Made by a program: the position numbers and the translations under genes
The notes under the pieces: model-generated
Told to the model about the DNA's origin: nothing
What the model saw: the letters and a program-made list of their open reading frames with translations, nothing else
The model's database searches: none
Shown: positions 1 through 11,230 of the stretch, piece by piece
Numbering within the stretch: the first letter of the stretch is position 1
How the letters are laid out: the number at the start of each line of letters is the position of its first letter
DNA from: Ginglymostoma cirratum
Taxonomy: Eukaryota
Direction: 5' to 3'
Assembly: GCA_024137785.1 (NCBI GenBank)
Contig: JAHRHZ010000116.1
Coordinates: 124,001-188,000, forward strand
Length of the DNA stretch: 64,000 nucleotides

Positions 1-826
1 TCATTGGCAAGGCTTCCAATAACAGGAGGAACGAGATCAAGAGAATCGATAAAACAGAAAACATCTTTTAAGCGTTGTACTTTATTCAGATTCATAATGC
101 CCCATGTGAGAGGACTGTGAAAGCTCATTAAATGCTAACTTTCAGAATGGTGTTTTAAAAGACCTGGGAAGTGGTTAAATATGAAATGCTACAGCAAGTG
201 AGAAGAACGGTGGGAGTGGAATTAATGACTTGGTCCCTTCAAAGTGCAGGCATAAGCACGATGACCAATTTCCTAGTCTTGTGTCATAGGTCTATGTGAT
301 ATTTGATCCTTTATTCGTCCCCTCAGCTCTTCCCATGTGTTCCTTGGTTACTCTGTTCTAAAGAGCGTAGGATGGTCACAGAACTTCTAACATTTACCAG
401 TTCCCGGTACATTTGAGCAGTGCTGTGCAATTTCTATTCTGACATGGAGAAATTACACTCAAAGCCAATTCTACCGCAGTCCTGCACTCAGCTTCCGTTT
501 TCTGTTTTGAAATGACCCGCCTGGCCTTCCTATGTTCCTGTAACGATTTTTGCAATCATCACTGTTTGTCATGAGTGGACCAGCTTTGAATGGGGATCAC
601 GGCGTGTGGGTTTTTTCACGCATCAAAATGGCAACCCAGAGAGCACAATGAGGAACTGTCTCCCACTGGGTCTTGCAATTATCTCATTTCTAGGGCAGTG
701 ATTCTTTTCCAGAAAAAAAAAATCTCCATTGTCCCCGAACCGTATGTTTGCAACCCTGGTATTATTACTTGTAAATCACTGACAGTAATGATTATAATTT
801 TGATTACTGGTGTTACTTAATGTTAG

Positions 827-1316
827 AATGGTGTCAGAAAGATACAGTGGAACAGCTGCTTCCTGAAATGGCATTTAAAAGACAGAAGTACTTTTCTACA
901 AATCTGAAACTTGAAGACAAGTGATGCAAGTTGTGCTCAGTGATACAGCTAGTACCCAGTGCAGCATCCGCAGTATGTACCTTGATTGGGGAGTTGATAA
1001 ACAGGAACTCTACCTTCAGTTGATTTCTAAGGATGAATCACTGGACCCGAAACATTGACTTTCATTTCTATTCACAGATGCTGTCAGACCCATGGAGTTT
1101 ATCCAGCAATTATTATTTTAGTTTCTGCTTTCCAGCTTCTGCAGTTATTTTTCAAGTTCTTATGCGAACTTTTGTGAGCTATCCTCTGCAACATTTAATA
1201 AAACTATGATGATTACCAAATTAACCATCAACAAGGCCCTCTTTTCTGACTCTGCCGTGTGTTTCTGAGCCATGTGCCCCACACTGATTCAGAGATGACA
1301 GATTCCATATAAACCC
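827..1316 (+). pseudogene. TCR alpha/delta-type V pseudogene (V-0.8k), interrupted by a short repeat insertion
   Basis: Acceptor AG at 825-826, then WCQKDTVEQLLPEMAF (FR1); the 3' end reads TKLTINKALFSDSAVCF*AMC. Heptamer CACACTG 1280-1286 and nonamer-like TATAAACCC 1308-1316 (21-nt spacer). Frameshifts, stops and a ~130-bp insertion at ~1025-1155. Paralog of the V at 15398. Confidence 0.85.
1025..1155 (+). mobile_element. Short Penelope-related non-autonomous element with degenerate hammerhead motif, inserted in a V exon
   Basis: CTAAGGA..TCACTGGACCCGAAAC followed by 'cacagatgctgtcagacc...ccagcaatt'; same family as the copies at 9098, 29170, 49784 and 55575. Confidence 0.65.
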
Positions 1317-2289
1317 CACTCTGAAACTTGCAGGTAGAGTGCTCCAGGTGGAGCTCTCACACGAAGCAGAGGAGACAATACAGCTCCAGAGACGATCATT
1401 TCTGATTTTCTTAAAGAGACAAGAATAAATCTCAAGAAGAAATGTTGAACTTTACTTGGTGAATTATATCTGTCTATGAGTTCAGGATGCAAATGTAATA
1501 GGAAAGAACATCAGAAACCTATCTGTGCAGTTCTGCTTCTCCAATTCCTGCACTGGGAGGGGCCAGATTAATAATGTAAATCTTTGTTGCCGTCCAGCAT
1601 ACGACTTCAAACATATCACAACACCCGGCTTCCCATAAGGTAGATCTGAAGACCGAGTACCGAATACAACTAGAATGTCTCACTCTCTCGTCCACAAACA
1701 CATGAACAGTTCTCAGTGCACACAGAAGAGGGAGCCAGCTCAACATTTTCTCTCATGATCCCAGGCGGTCAGTTAAATGCTGTTTATCTGTTGCCTCAGA
1801 CATGGATTGAATAGAAGATTCATATTAGAAATCCACATTAGGTTGGATCGGTCATTGAGCAATAATCATCAAACAGAAACAAATATATGAAGAGGACTGT
1901 AATTGTAATAAGTGGAATTTGTGCTGCAGAGACAATTGTATTGCACTTTCTTTACCTTTCCAAACGAAATAGTTTGTCATATGAATGTTGCAAATATAAT
2001 TTAAAGTCACACAAATCTGTCCACGTATCGAATAATTGGCTTCAGATATTAACCACTGAATGGAGGCAGATGAATAGCAGCTGTGGAAAATGCGAAATTA
2101 ATGTCAAAGTGAGAATGAGAGGCACGTCCTGCGGTCGTATTGCTGAAGCAACTTATGATAATGACGTTGGAGATCGATGATAACGGAATGGAAGGCAGTT
2201 TAAACCAGTTTGTAAATTTATTGGTCTCATACCCCATATTATCCTGAGCGGTGACATTAAAGTTGTCGTTCATGTTTTGGAAAATGTAG

Positions 2290-5030
2290 AGTGTGATGCA
2301 CACTTAGGGGAATGTAGCACGGACAGCCAGTTTAATTTTAGTACTGTGACTGGTTCTACTTTAAAAAGTGGCATGTCCTGTTCTGAGCACTCTAATACGA
2401 TAGCGCATTCTTTCTACAGAGGCACAGACAGATCTTTGTAGAGCCGATATCAGAACGAGATATCAAAATGGTGTGTTGCCTTCTTGGTTCAGGATCAAGG
2501 ATATCTCAGAGGGAGTGCAGAATCTTCTCAAAGGGGAAAATGACTAGTAGGAGCTCGTTGTACGAAATAGAAGTAACAACATAGGAGGGTAAAAAAGGGC
2601 GAGATTCTGTGGAGAGAATAAAGGAAGTTAAGCAGGAAATGAAAACATATGTCCTGGAGGATAGTACTATCTAAATTTCCCGTGGTGTCACGAGTTAATG
2701 TGGATAGGAATACTAGGAAAGAGCAGATGAATGCATGGCTGAGGACCTGGTGCAGGGGAGAATGATTTACATTTTTGGATCATTGGAATGTATTTTGCAG
2801 CAGAAGTGACCTTTTAAAGAAAAAACGGATGGCACCTGAATGAGAAAGGAGACTAATATAATGATGACAAGATTTGATAGAGCTGGTCTGGAGGAATTAA
2901 ACTAGCGACAGAGAGGTTGGAAGCCATGGAGACTGAAAAAAAAAACGAAGTCAGTCCAAGACTGGTGTACTTGGGAAAAGAAGCAAGTCAAACAGTCAGA
3001 GCTGTTAGGAACGAAAGAGAGAACAAGGTCGGACTGATAAATTAGACTGCATTTATTTCAATGCAAGGAGTCAAATAGGTAAGGCAGATGAAGTCAGGAC
3101 ATTGTTGAGAAGATAAGACGGAGGTATCATAGCAACCACACACTTGGCTCGCTGATGGACAAGAATAACAGCTCAATGTTCGAGGGTATAGATTCTAAAG
3201 GAATAATTGAAAAGAAGGCGAGATAGAAGGGGAGTAGTGTCTTTGAACAGGGATAGCATTATGGCTGTTCTTTGGGTGAATATTCCTGGGAGTACGTCTA
3301 GGGAAATTATTCGGGAGGAACTGAGAAATAAGCAAGGGATGATCACTTTATTGGAATCAGACTACAGATAACCACCGCAATAAGCAACGGGAAATTGAGA
3401 AACACTTTTATAAGCAGATGTCAGTTATCTATAAGAATAAAAGAGTGGTTTTGTTCGGGGACTTCAACTTTCCAACCATAGACTGGGGCTGCCATAATGT
3501 TAAGGACTTGAAGGGAGAGGAATTTTTAGTTGTCTACGAGAAATACTTTCAGATTCAGTGTGTGGATGAGCATACTAGAAAAGGTGGAAAACTTGACCTG
3601 CTCTTGGGAAACAAGGCAGGGCAAGCTTCTGAGGCGTCAGAGGGGAGCACTTCGGTGTAGTGATCATATCCGGATTATTTTTTAAATCGTAGTGGAAAAG
3701 GATAGCTCATACCTAAAAGTTAAATTTCTAAGTTGGAGTAAAGCCAATTTTGACGGTGTTAGGCAAGAATTTTCAATAGTTGATTAGAGATGGATGTTCG
3801 CACATAAAAGCATGACTGGGCAATGGGAAGCCATTAAAAATGGGATAACGATAGTCCAGAGACAGCATTTTCCTGTTAGACTGAAAGGTGAGGCTTGTGG
3901 GAGTCAGGAATGCGGAAAGACAAGAAAAACCGAGGTTTTGCTTAAGAATAATTAGGAAACAGATATCAGGTTTGATATGCAGGATCTATTGAATCCCTAG
4001 AAGAGTATAAAGACAGTAGAAACATATTTAATAGGGAAATCAGGTGGGCAAAAAGGAGACATGGGATTCTTTTGGCAAATAGGGTTAGGGGAATCCAAAC
4101 GAATTCTTCACTACATTTAGGACAAAAGATTAACAATGGAAATAATAGGGCTCCTTAACGATCAGAAAGGACGTTTATGTGTGGAACTACGGGAGTTGGG
4201 GGAGATAATAAATAAGCATTTTGAATCAGTGTTTACAATGGAGCAGGATATGGAACATGGAGTACGTGGGGAAATAAATAGTAGTATCTTGAAAAATTGT
4301 CCATATTATTGAGCAGGAAGTGCTGGACGTCTTAAAATGCTTAAAGGAAAACACATCCATGTAACTAGATCAGGTGTAGCCTCGAACGCTCTGGGGAACC
4401 TGGGGAAATGATTTCTAGGTCCCTCGCTGAGATATATGTATCATCGATTGCCACAGGTGAGGTGCAGGAAAACTATAGGTCTTCTAACGTGTTGCCGCGA
4501 TTTACGAAAGGTGGTAAGGAAAAGACAGTGAAACGATCAGAGAGTGTGACATTAGTGATGGGTAAGTTGTTGGAAGTAATACTGAGGGGAAGGATTTAGA
4601 TACATTTGAAGTGGAAGGACTGATTGGGACGAGTCAACATGGCTTTGCGAGTGGGAAATTGTGTCACAATAACTTGACCGAGTTTTTAAAGAAGTAACGA
4701 CAAGAATCGAAGAGATTGACAAAATTCTGATGGATATGGATTGTGCGATTAGCAAAGGTCTTTTTACCAGTAGTTGAAGGGTCCATAACTAGAGGGGAAA
4801 AGTATAAGTTGAAGGGTGGCGGGATTTAAAAGGGAGTTGAGGGGCAAAATCTTCATGCAGAGTGTCATTTGTGTATGAGCTACCGAGGAAGTGCTGTAAG
4901 CTGGTGCATTTACAACATTTAAAATGCGTGTGGATACATACATGAATAGGAAGAGGTTAGCTGGACATCGGACAAATGTCTAACCGAAAAGTCTGCTTCC
5001 ACGATGGACTGCTCTATGACTCTATATTAT
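2290..5030 (+). mobile_element. CR1 LINE, degenerate, with ORF1 esterase-like remnant, APE endonuclease, partial RT and 3' UTR
   Basis: ORF1 remnant (RGTDR..MVCCL..KDISEGVQNLLKG, LDHW) at ~2400-2900; endonuclease motifs GDFNFPTIDW and LDLLLGN (ORF 3418-3660); RT N-terminal motifs at 4400-4700; internal deletion to the 3' end; ends in 'ctctatgactcta'. Confidence 0.85.
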
Positions 5031-5231
5031 GTTTGACTCAATTTTGGTCCATATGAGTAAAAGTTGTGCAAAGAGTAATAAAGTCATAGAGCACAGAAAC
5101 AGATGGTTCAGTCCAACATGTTTACACTGAACAGATATCCTGAACTAATCTAGTCCCATTTCCAGCATTTGGCCCATGCCCTTCTCAACCCTCCCTATTT
5201 ATTTCCTCATTCAAACGCCTATTAAATGATG

Positions 5232-5975
5232 TTGCAGACTTGCTCGCCGAACCAGTGTTTTGGAGTGAAGATATTTTTCCACCCTGCTAGGTAACTTCGT
5301 CAATGCACCTCCGGTATCGTGTTGGTGTTCAGTACTGGGTGTTATTTATATGTCTCGGTTAACTGGAGTGGTTGGCATCACTTCCAGTTTTGTTTTTCAG
5401 TGGTTTGTATATTGGTTCCAGTTCAATGTATGTGTTGATGGAGTTCCAGTTGGAATGCCAGGCTACAGGGAATTCTCTGGCATGTCTCTGTATGGCATGT
5501 GATATTATTGATGCGTTGTCCAAGTCGAATTTGTGCCCATTTCTCTTCGTGTATTCTGAGAACCGCAAGAACTTGCAGTGTCTCTTGGTGGTTATTTGGT
5601 GTTCGTGTATCATTACTATCAGTTTTCTTCGAGTTTTTCCGATGTAATGTTTGTCAATGTCCTTGCATGGTAAGTTTTATATTACGTTGGTTTCATTGGC
5701 TGTGGGTATGGGATCCTTTATGTTCTTCAGTAGCTATCGGAGGATGGGTGTTAGTTTGTGGGCTACCCTGATACCTACGTCAATGAGTAGTCTTGTGGTC
5801 ATCTCTGATATCTCTCTGATGTATAGTAGGGTGACTAGTGCGTCTAGGTGTGTTACGTCTTCTTGTTGTGGTTTGTTGTGGTGGTAAAAGTGGATTGGGT
5901 TTATTGGGTATCTATTCCTTTTAAAAACTCCGTATAAGTGCACCTGTTCTGCATTTTCACAGTTTTGGGTTCCTT
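5232..5975 (-). mobile_element. Penelope-like (Poseidon-type) element, 5'-truncated: RT C-terminus, GIY-YIG endonuclease region and 3' end
   Basis: Minus ORFs 5734-6069 (LVTLLYIREISEMTTRLL) and 5359-5613 (HKFDLDNASIISHAIQRHAREF..AWHS..SIN..IELEPIYKPL); degenerate hammerhead-like stem 'ttgacga-agttacc-tagca-gggtgga-aaaa' near 5265-5305. Confidence 0.8.
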
Positions 5976-6599
5976 GTAAATGGAATGGATACCTAAAAAG
6001 TATAATCCGCCGTTCCCTCCGTGAAAGATCACAGCAGGAAGATACAACGCGGCCAGACACATTAGTCACCCTCGCGTTGTAGTCACAAAACTACTTAGAC
6101 CCCAGGCCTCAGGGTAGACCACAAACCAACCACCACCCTCCGACAGCTACTGACGAACATAAAGGCTGCCGTACCCACAAACAATTAAACCAATGTAATA
6201 TCAAACATACCATGGAAAGACTGTTAGAAACATTACAAATTATAAACTGGAAGAAAACTGAAAATAAGGATGCATGAACACCAACTAGCCACCAAGAGAC
6301 ACGGCCAGCCCTCAATATTCTCAGTATACACGGACAGAGAAGGACATGAAATCGACTGGGTCAGAACAACTCTAATAGCACAAACCACGCACAGGCATAA
6401 CAGAGAATTCGTGGAGGCCTAGCGTTCCAATTGGACCTCCAACAAAACATACACACATTGACCTGGACCCGAAAACAACTCAGGAATTGATGCCAACCAC
6501 CTGATCAAACAAAAGCATATAAATAACAAGCAGGACAGAGCACTAACCCTTCTGCAAACAAGTCTGTAAGGTCATCCACAACACGATCTACAAATCTTA
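5976..6599 (+). mobile_element. Penelope-like element, second arm in inverted orientation
   Basis: Plus frame NGYLKSIIRRSLRERSQQEDTTRPDTLVTL is homologous to the minus arm; the same 3' motifs follow (caagtctgtaa mirrors ttgcagacttg). Confidence 0.75.
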
Positions 6600-7361
6600 T
6601 CAAAAGCCTTTTAAGTGTTGAAATTGGACTCAACTCCACCACTGGCATCTTGCTGCACACAGACACCACACTCTGTTAAAAAAAAAGTTTCACGGATGTT
6701 GCCTTTCTCATTTTCTCCTCTCATCACAATCCTATGCACGCTACCTTTGGTCTTCTCGATAGTGGGAACAGGTCTTTTGCTACTTAGTCTATCCATGCCC
6801 CTTATACTTTAATAAATCTCTATAAGGTCACTACTCAGCCTTCAACTCTCCAAATGAAAAATATTTTTCAGCATATATTCAGTGTCTCCCTGTCGCTCAA
6901 ATCCGACAATAATCCATGTTTGTGAATATTATATGTACATTTCCAAGTTTAACCACGTGCTTCCTGTAGGATGGCGAACATAATCGGATACAGTGTTCTA
7001 AAAGTGACCTAACCAATATCTTGTACAACTGTAAAAAGACGTTTCAGCTCCTATTCTCAATACACTGACTAACGAAGGGAAACGTGCCAAATTTCATATT
7101 ATAACCCTGTCAACATGGGATTCCAGATTCAGGGAATAATGCACCTGCACTCCTAGTTGTCTTTGTTCAGCAACACTCCCCAGGACCCTACCATTAATTA
7201 ATTCCTGAAGTGGTTCGCCTTACCAAATTTCTACATGTTCACAATTATCCAAATAAAACACCATGTGCCACTTTTCCGGTCGTTGGCACATTTAGTCAGA
7301 CTCCAAATTTACTTTAAGATCACTTTCTTCATTGTACAATGCACCACTGTTTGTGGGGATT

Positions 7362-7720
7362 GTAGGGGAGGCGATGGTTTAGTGATATTGTCCCTGGACT
7401 GTAAATCCAGAAACCCAAGTAATGTTCTGTGAACACAGATGTGAAGCCCGCCATTGCCAATGGTGGAAATTGAATTCAATGAAGAGTCTAATGATGGCCA
7501 TGAATCCATTGTGGATAGTTGGAAAAACCCATATGGTTCACTAATGTCCTTTAGGGAAGGAAACTGATATCCTTACCCGGTCTGGCCTACATGTGACTCC
7601 AGACCTAAAACAATGTGGTTGACATGTAACTTTCCTCTTAGCCAAAAGGGATGAACAATGAATGCTACCTGGTCAGCAACACCCTCATCTCATGAATTCA
7701 TGAAGTAAAAATAAACTTTC
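7362..7720 (+). mobile_element. tRNA-derived SINE (DeuSINE/SacSINE1-like)
   Basis: tRNA-like head, body 'ggttcactaatgtcctttagggaaggaaa..ccttacccggtctggcctacatgtgactccagac', A-rich tail. Related copies at ~50200-50430, 56910-57230 (-) and ~60820-60900. Family name is from recall, not a search. Confidence 0.65.
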
Positions 7721-8164
7721 TAAATATGCATCTTTTATTCAATACAAATCATTTATGTAACTGATAAATACAGTGAACGCAAGGCAGCTTTGGTAACCGC
7801 CCTCCAGTCCAAAATACATTTTTACCACTAATCTCTTCCTCCAACTTTCAAGCCAATTTTGTATCCAATTATCTAGCACCCCGCACCCCATGTGATTAAA
7901 ACTTACTAACCATCCTATCATATGAAACCTTACCAAAAGCTTTGCTGCAGTCCATATATCCAAGGACTAGCAACCTCCCATCATCAGTGGACTTTGCCAC
8001 CTTTTCAAGATACTTAATCAAGTTAGTGGGGTATGATTTCCCACGGACAAAGTCATATTGATGAGCCCTAATCAATTCATGCCCTTCCAAATGCATGGAA
8101 ATCCTATCCTCGGAATCCTCTCCAAGTAATTACTGAATACCCGAAGCCGATCTCACCGTCCTAT

Positions 8165-8384
8165 TCCTTAATGTGTTCAAATCATGGAACAGTCTCCTTC
8201 GCACTATAACTGTGGATTCTGAGAATAAATGGAAGAGATTGACGTGGACGTTGGTAGTACAAAAACAAGCCATAGTCTGTAAGTGCATGTGGTACACAGT
8301 AAGTGCTGAATACTGCTGGATCTTCGCTACTTAACACTGCGACTTCGTATTCTGACTGGGGCAATGAAATCCTCTTACATATCT
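8165..8384 (-). pseudogene. TCR V pseudogene (V-8k), 3'-truncated by CR1
   Basis: Acceptor ttcag (AG at 8386-8385), phase 1: ICKRISLPQSEYEVAVLSSEDPAVFSTYCVPHALTDYGLFLYYQRPRQSLPFILRIHSYSAKETVP*FEHI. FR3 end and RSS are absent; CR1 sequence starts at ~8165. Confidence 0.7.
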
Positions 8385-9097
8385 CTGAAGACAAACAGAA
8401 GACACACAGCATATAAGAATAGGAAACAGAAAGAGACTGACCATTAGGAAAAGTAAAATGGGAATGATGGGAGTACTGGGGAATTTAGAAGGCAGATTTA
8501 AATACGGTATACTCGTCATCAAGGGGATAACCAGAGTGTGCAAGAGTTTCGCCCTCCTGCTTTCAGGTTGAACTCCAGCAACAGCGATAGTGAAAACCGT
8601 CTGTATCAGGTTCAGAATGGTAGAAATTGAGGTTAGTTGGTCTGCTTGGGCACACCGTCTTCATGCACATTGTTATATTTGCAAACTTCTTTTTCTGCAG
8701 AGGGAGAATGGTGATATTGAGCAAGTGAATACACAGTGCCATGCGGCAATTGCGACCACATTAAATAAAAGATGAATGCAAACACGTACATAAATACACA
8801 AAGGAGGAAGGAAAATAAATAAGAGGTTCAAACTGGAGTGAAATAATGAGGATCTGATTCCTCATCAGGGAAGAAATCCTGTGTTGAAGATTTTCATAAA
8901 ACAACTGAACTATCCTGTCATTTCCTGTTTAGCACGAGTATTTCTTTGTTGTCATTTAGCAGCTATTACAGCTGTGCTTAATGTTACAAATTTCTAAAAT
9001 ATAAAAACAGAGGGAAATTTAAAAAAAAAACACAGAAGTCACAATACTCAAGTGCAGCATCAACAATTCATCTGGGGCCAAACGCACCCTATTATCT

Positions 9098-9235
9098 GTG
9101 TCAGAAACGAAGTTGTTGGAAAAGCTCAGCAGGTCTGGCAGCATCTATGAAGGAGAAAACAGAGTTAACCTTTCAGGTCCGGTGACCCTTCCTCAGAACT
9201 GATGCTGGCTGGGAAAACGTCAGTTTATAAAAAAA
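9098..9235 (-). mobile_element. Short Penelope-related element carrying a minimal type I hammerhead ribozyme motif (9163-9200)
   Basis: Minus strand AGTT-CTGAGGA-AGGGTC-ACCG-GACCT-GAAA-gGTT-AACT: CUGANGA and GAAA cores, stem II, and stem I AGTT/AACT. Confidence 0.75.
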
Positions 9236-9329
9236 CGTCTCTATTATCTCTGTGTTGTTTTAAATGTAAGCTTCAAAATTTTGCCCTGATACACAGATAA
9301 TGTATCGACAATCATCTATAAGTTTGAGT

Positions 9330-11230
9330 GGCTTTCCCGTAGCCATTGACCACAGGGGTTTAGATAATTGATTTGCAGAGAGAAGCTTAAACATGTCCTA
9401 CAAATATGATTAAACAATAAGTGCCAGACTCAGAGAGAGGAGTAAATTCAGGTTAGGAAACATCAGAAAATGCCATGGAAACTATCCTAATTCCATATTG
9501 TGGCCACGAAAGTTGGAGAAACCACATCTGCAACGGAAAAAGGGAAAAACAAACTGAAACAGGGGGCAGGGTCAAATCGGCACGTAAGGGTCCTTGCAGG
9601 GACAAAGAAAAGATTCAAGGCAGAGGGAAGAGCAATCTTCATCAAGAACTCATCACCAGGCAGGTGGAAAACTGACCAAAGCAGAGGAGGAATACAAGGG
9701 TTTAGTTCTGTAACAACACAGCTAGAGAACACAATGCTGCCTCCACCATTACAATTGCAGAGTAGCTAATGTCACTGTAATATTCAAAAAAGAAAGTAGA
9801 GACAAAACAAGGAAATATAGATCAGGAAGTTTAACATCAATTTTGGGGAAAAATCTGAATCCATTATCAAAGACTTTATACAGGAGCATTTAAAAAACAG
9901 TGCCAGGATCAGAAAGAGTCAGCATGGAATTATGAAAGGGAAATAATGTTTGATAAAAGTGTGAGTATTCTATGACGATGTGACTCGTACAGTTGACGAG
10001 GGGGAGCAAGGAGCCAGTTTATGTGTTATATTTGGACTTTCAGAAACTGTTTGATAAAATCCCGCATAAGAACTGATTGCTCAAGAGTAAAACACAAAAG
10101 TTTGGGGGAAGTGCACTGAGAGGAATGGAAAACTGGTTGCCAGAGAGGAAGAAAAGAATAGGAATTCATGGGTCATTTTCAAATTGGCAGACAATTTTCA
10201 AATTAGCAAGCTGTGAAGTGCCGCAAAGGGCGATGCTGGGACCACAGCTATTCACAATATATATCAACGATTTCGATGCGGGAATGAAAGATAACATCTC
10301 AGTGTTTGAAGAGGATACCAAGTTGGGTAGGAGGGTGAACTGTGATGAGGATGCAGGGATCCTTCAGCACGATCTGGGCAGGTTGAGTGAGTGGGCAAAT
10401 CGATGGAAGATGCAGATTAATTTGGATAGATGTGAGGTCATTTACATTTGTAGCAATAACGAGAGAAAAGATTGCTTCTTGAATGGCTTTAAATTGGTAG
10501 AGGGGAATGTGCAGCGAGACCTGGGAGTCCTTGTGCAACAGTCGGTCAAGGTAAGCATGCAATTGTGTCCGCTGGCAAAGAAGGCAAATAGTACACTGGT
10601 CTTAAATGTGACAGTATTCGAGTACAGGGGCAGGAAATTTTTTTTGCTGTTATGCAGGGCCTTAGTGAGGCCACACCTAGAATATTACGGGCAGTTTTTG
10701 TTTCCTTTTCTCTGGAAAGATGCTGTTGCTGTCGAGGAAGTGTGACAAAGGGCTTCCAGTCTGATTCCAGGGATGGCAGAACTGACATATGAGAATAGAT
10801 TGACGAGGTTAAGATTGTTTCCGCTGCAGCTCAGACGAACGAGGGGGGATCTTGTAGAGAGTCATGAAATACAAGTGTGTCTAGACGGGGTAGATGCATG
10901 AAGGACGATCCCGATTGTGGGCGTGTCCATAACCAGCGGGTGCAGTCTGAGATCTTGGGGTGGACCGTTTAGGACGGAGATGAGGTGACATTTCTTCAGT
11001 CAAAGAGTTGTGAGTCTATAGCAGTAGTGGTATAGAAGTAGTTGATGCAAAAGACATTGAATATATTCAAGAGGCAGCGAGATAGAGCACTTGTGTGAAT
11101 GGGATCAAAGATTATTGGGAGAAAACAGGATGAGATTTTTGAGTAGGAACGATCAGCCATGATCGTGATAAATGGTGGAGCAGGCTCGAAGGGTCGAATG
11201 GCCTCCTCCTGCTTCTATCTTCTATGTTAT
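9330..11230 (+). mobile_element. CR1 LINE, 5'-truncated, RT and 3' UTR
   Basis: ORF 10077-10745 contains VPQRAMLGPQLFTIYIND, FEEDTKLG, QRDLGVLV and LVRPHLEY; CR1-type 3' UTR at 11000-11230. Confidence 0.9.

Larger units (their letters stand above)
5085..8165 (-). mobile_element. CR1 LINE 3' portion (RT to 3' UTR), split by Penelope and SINE insertions
   Basis: Minus-strand RT motifs (QYDFVRGKSYPTNLI, MDCSKAFGKV, WIQNWL, FISYINDL) at 7740-8100; 3' region at 6610-7360 and 5085-5231. Confidence 0.8.
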
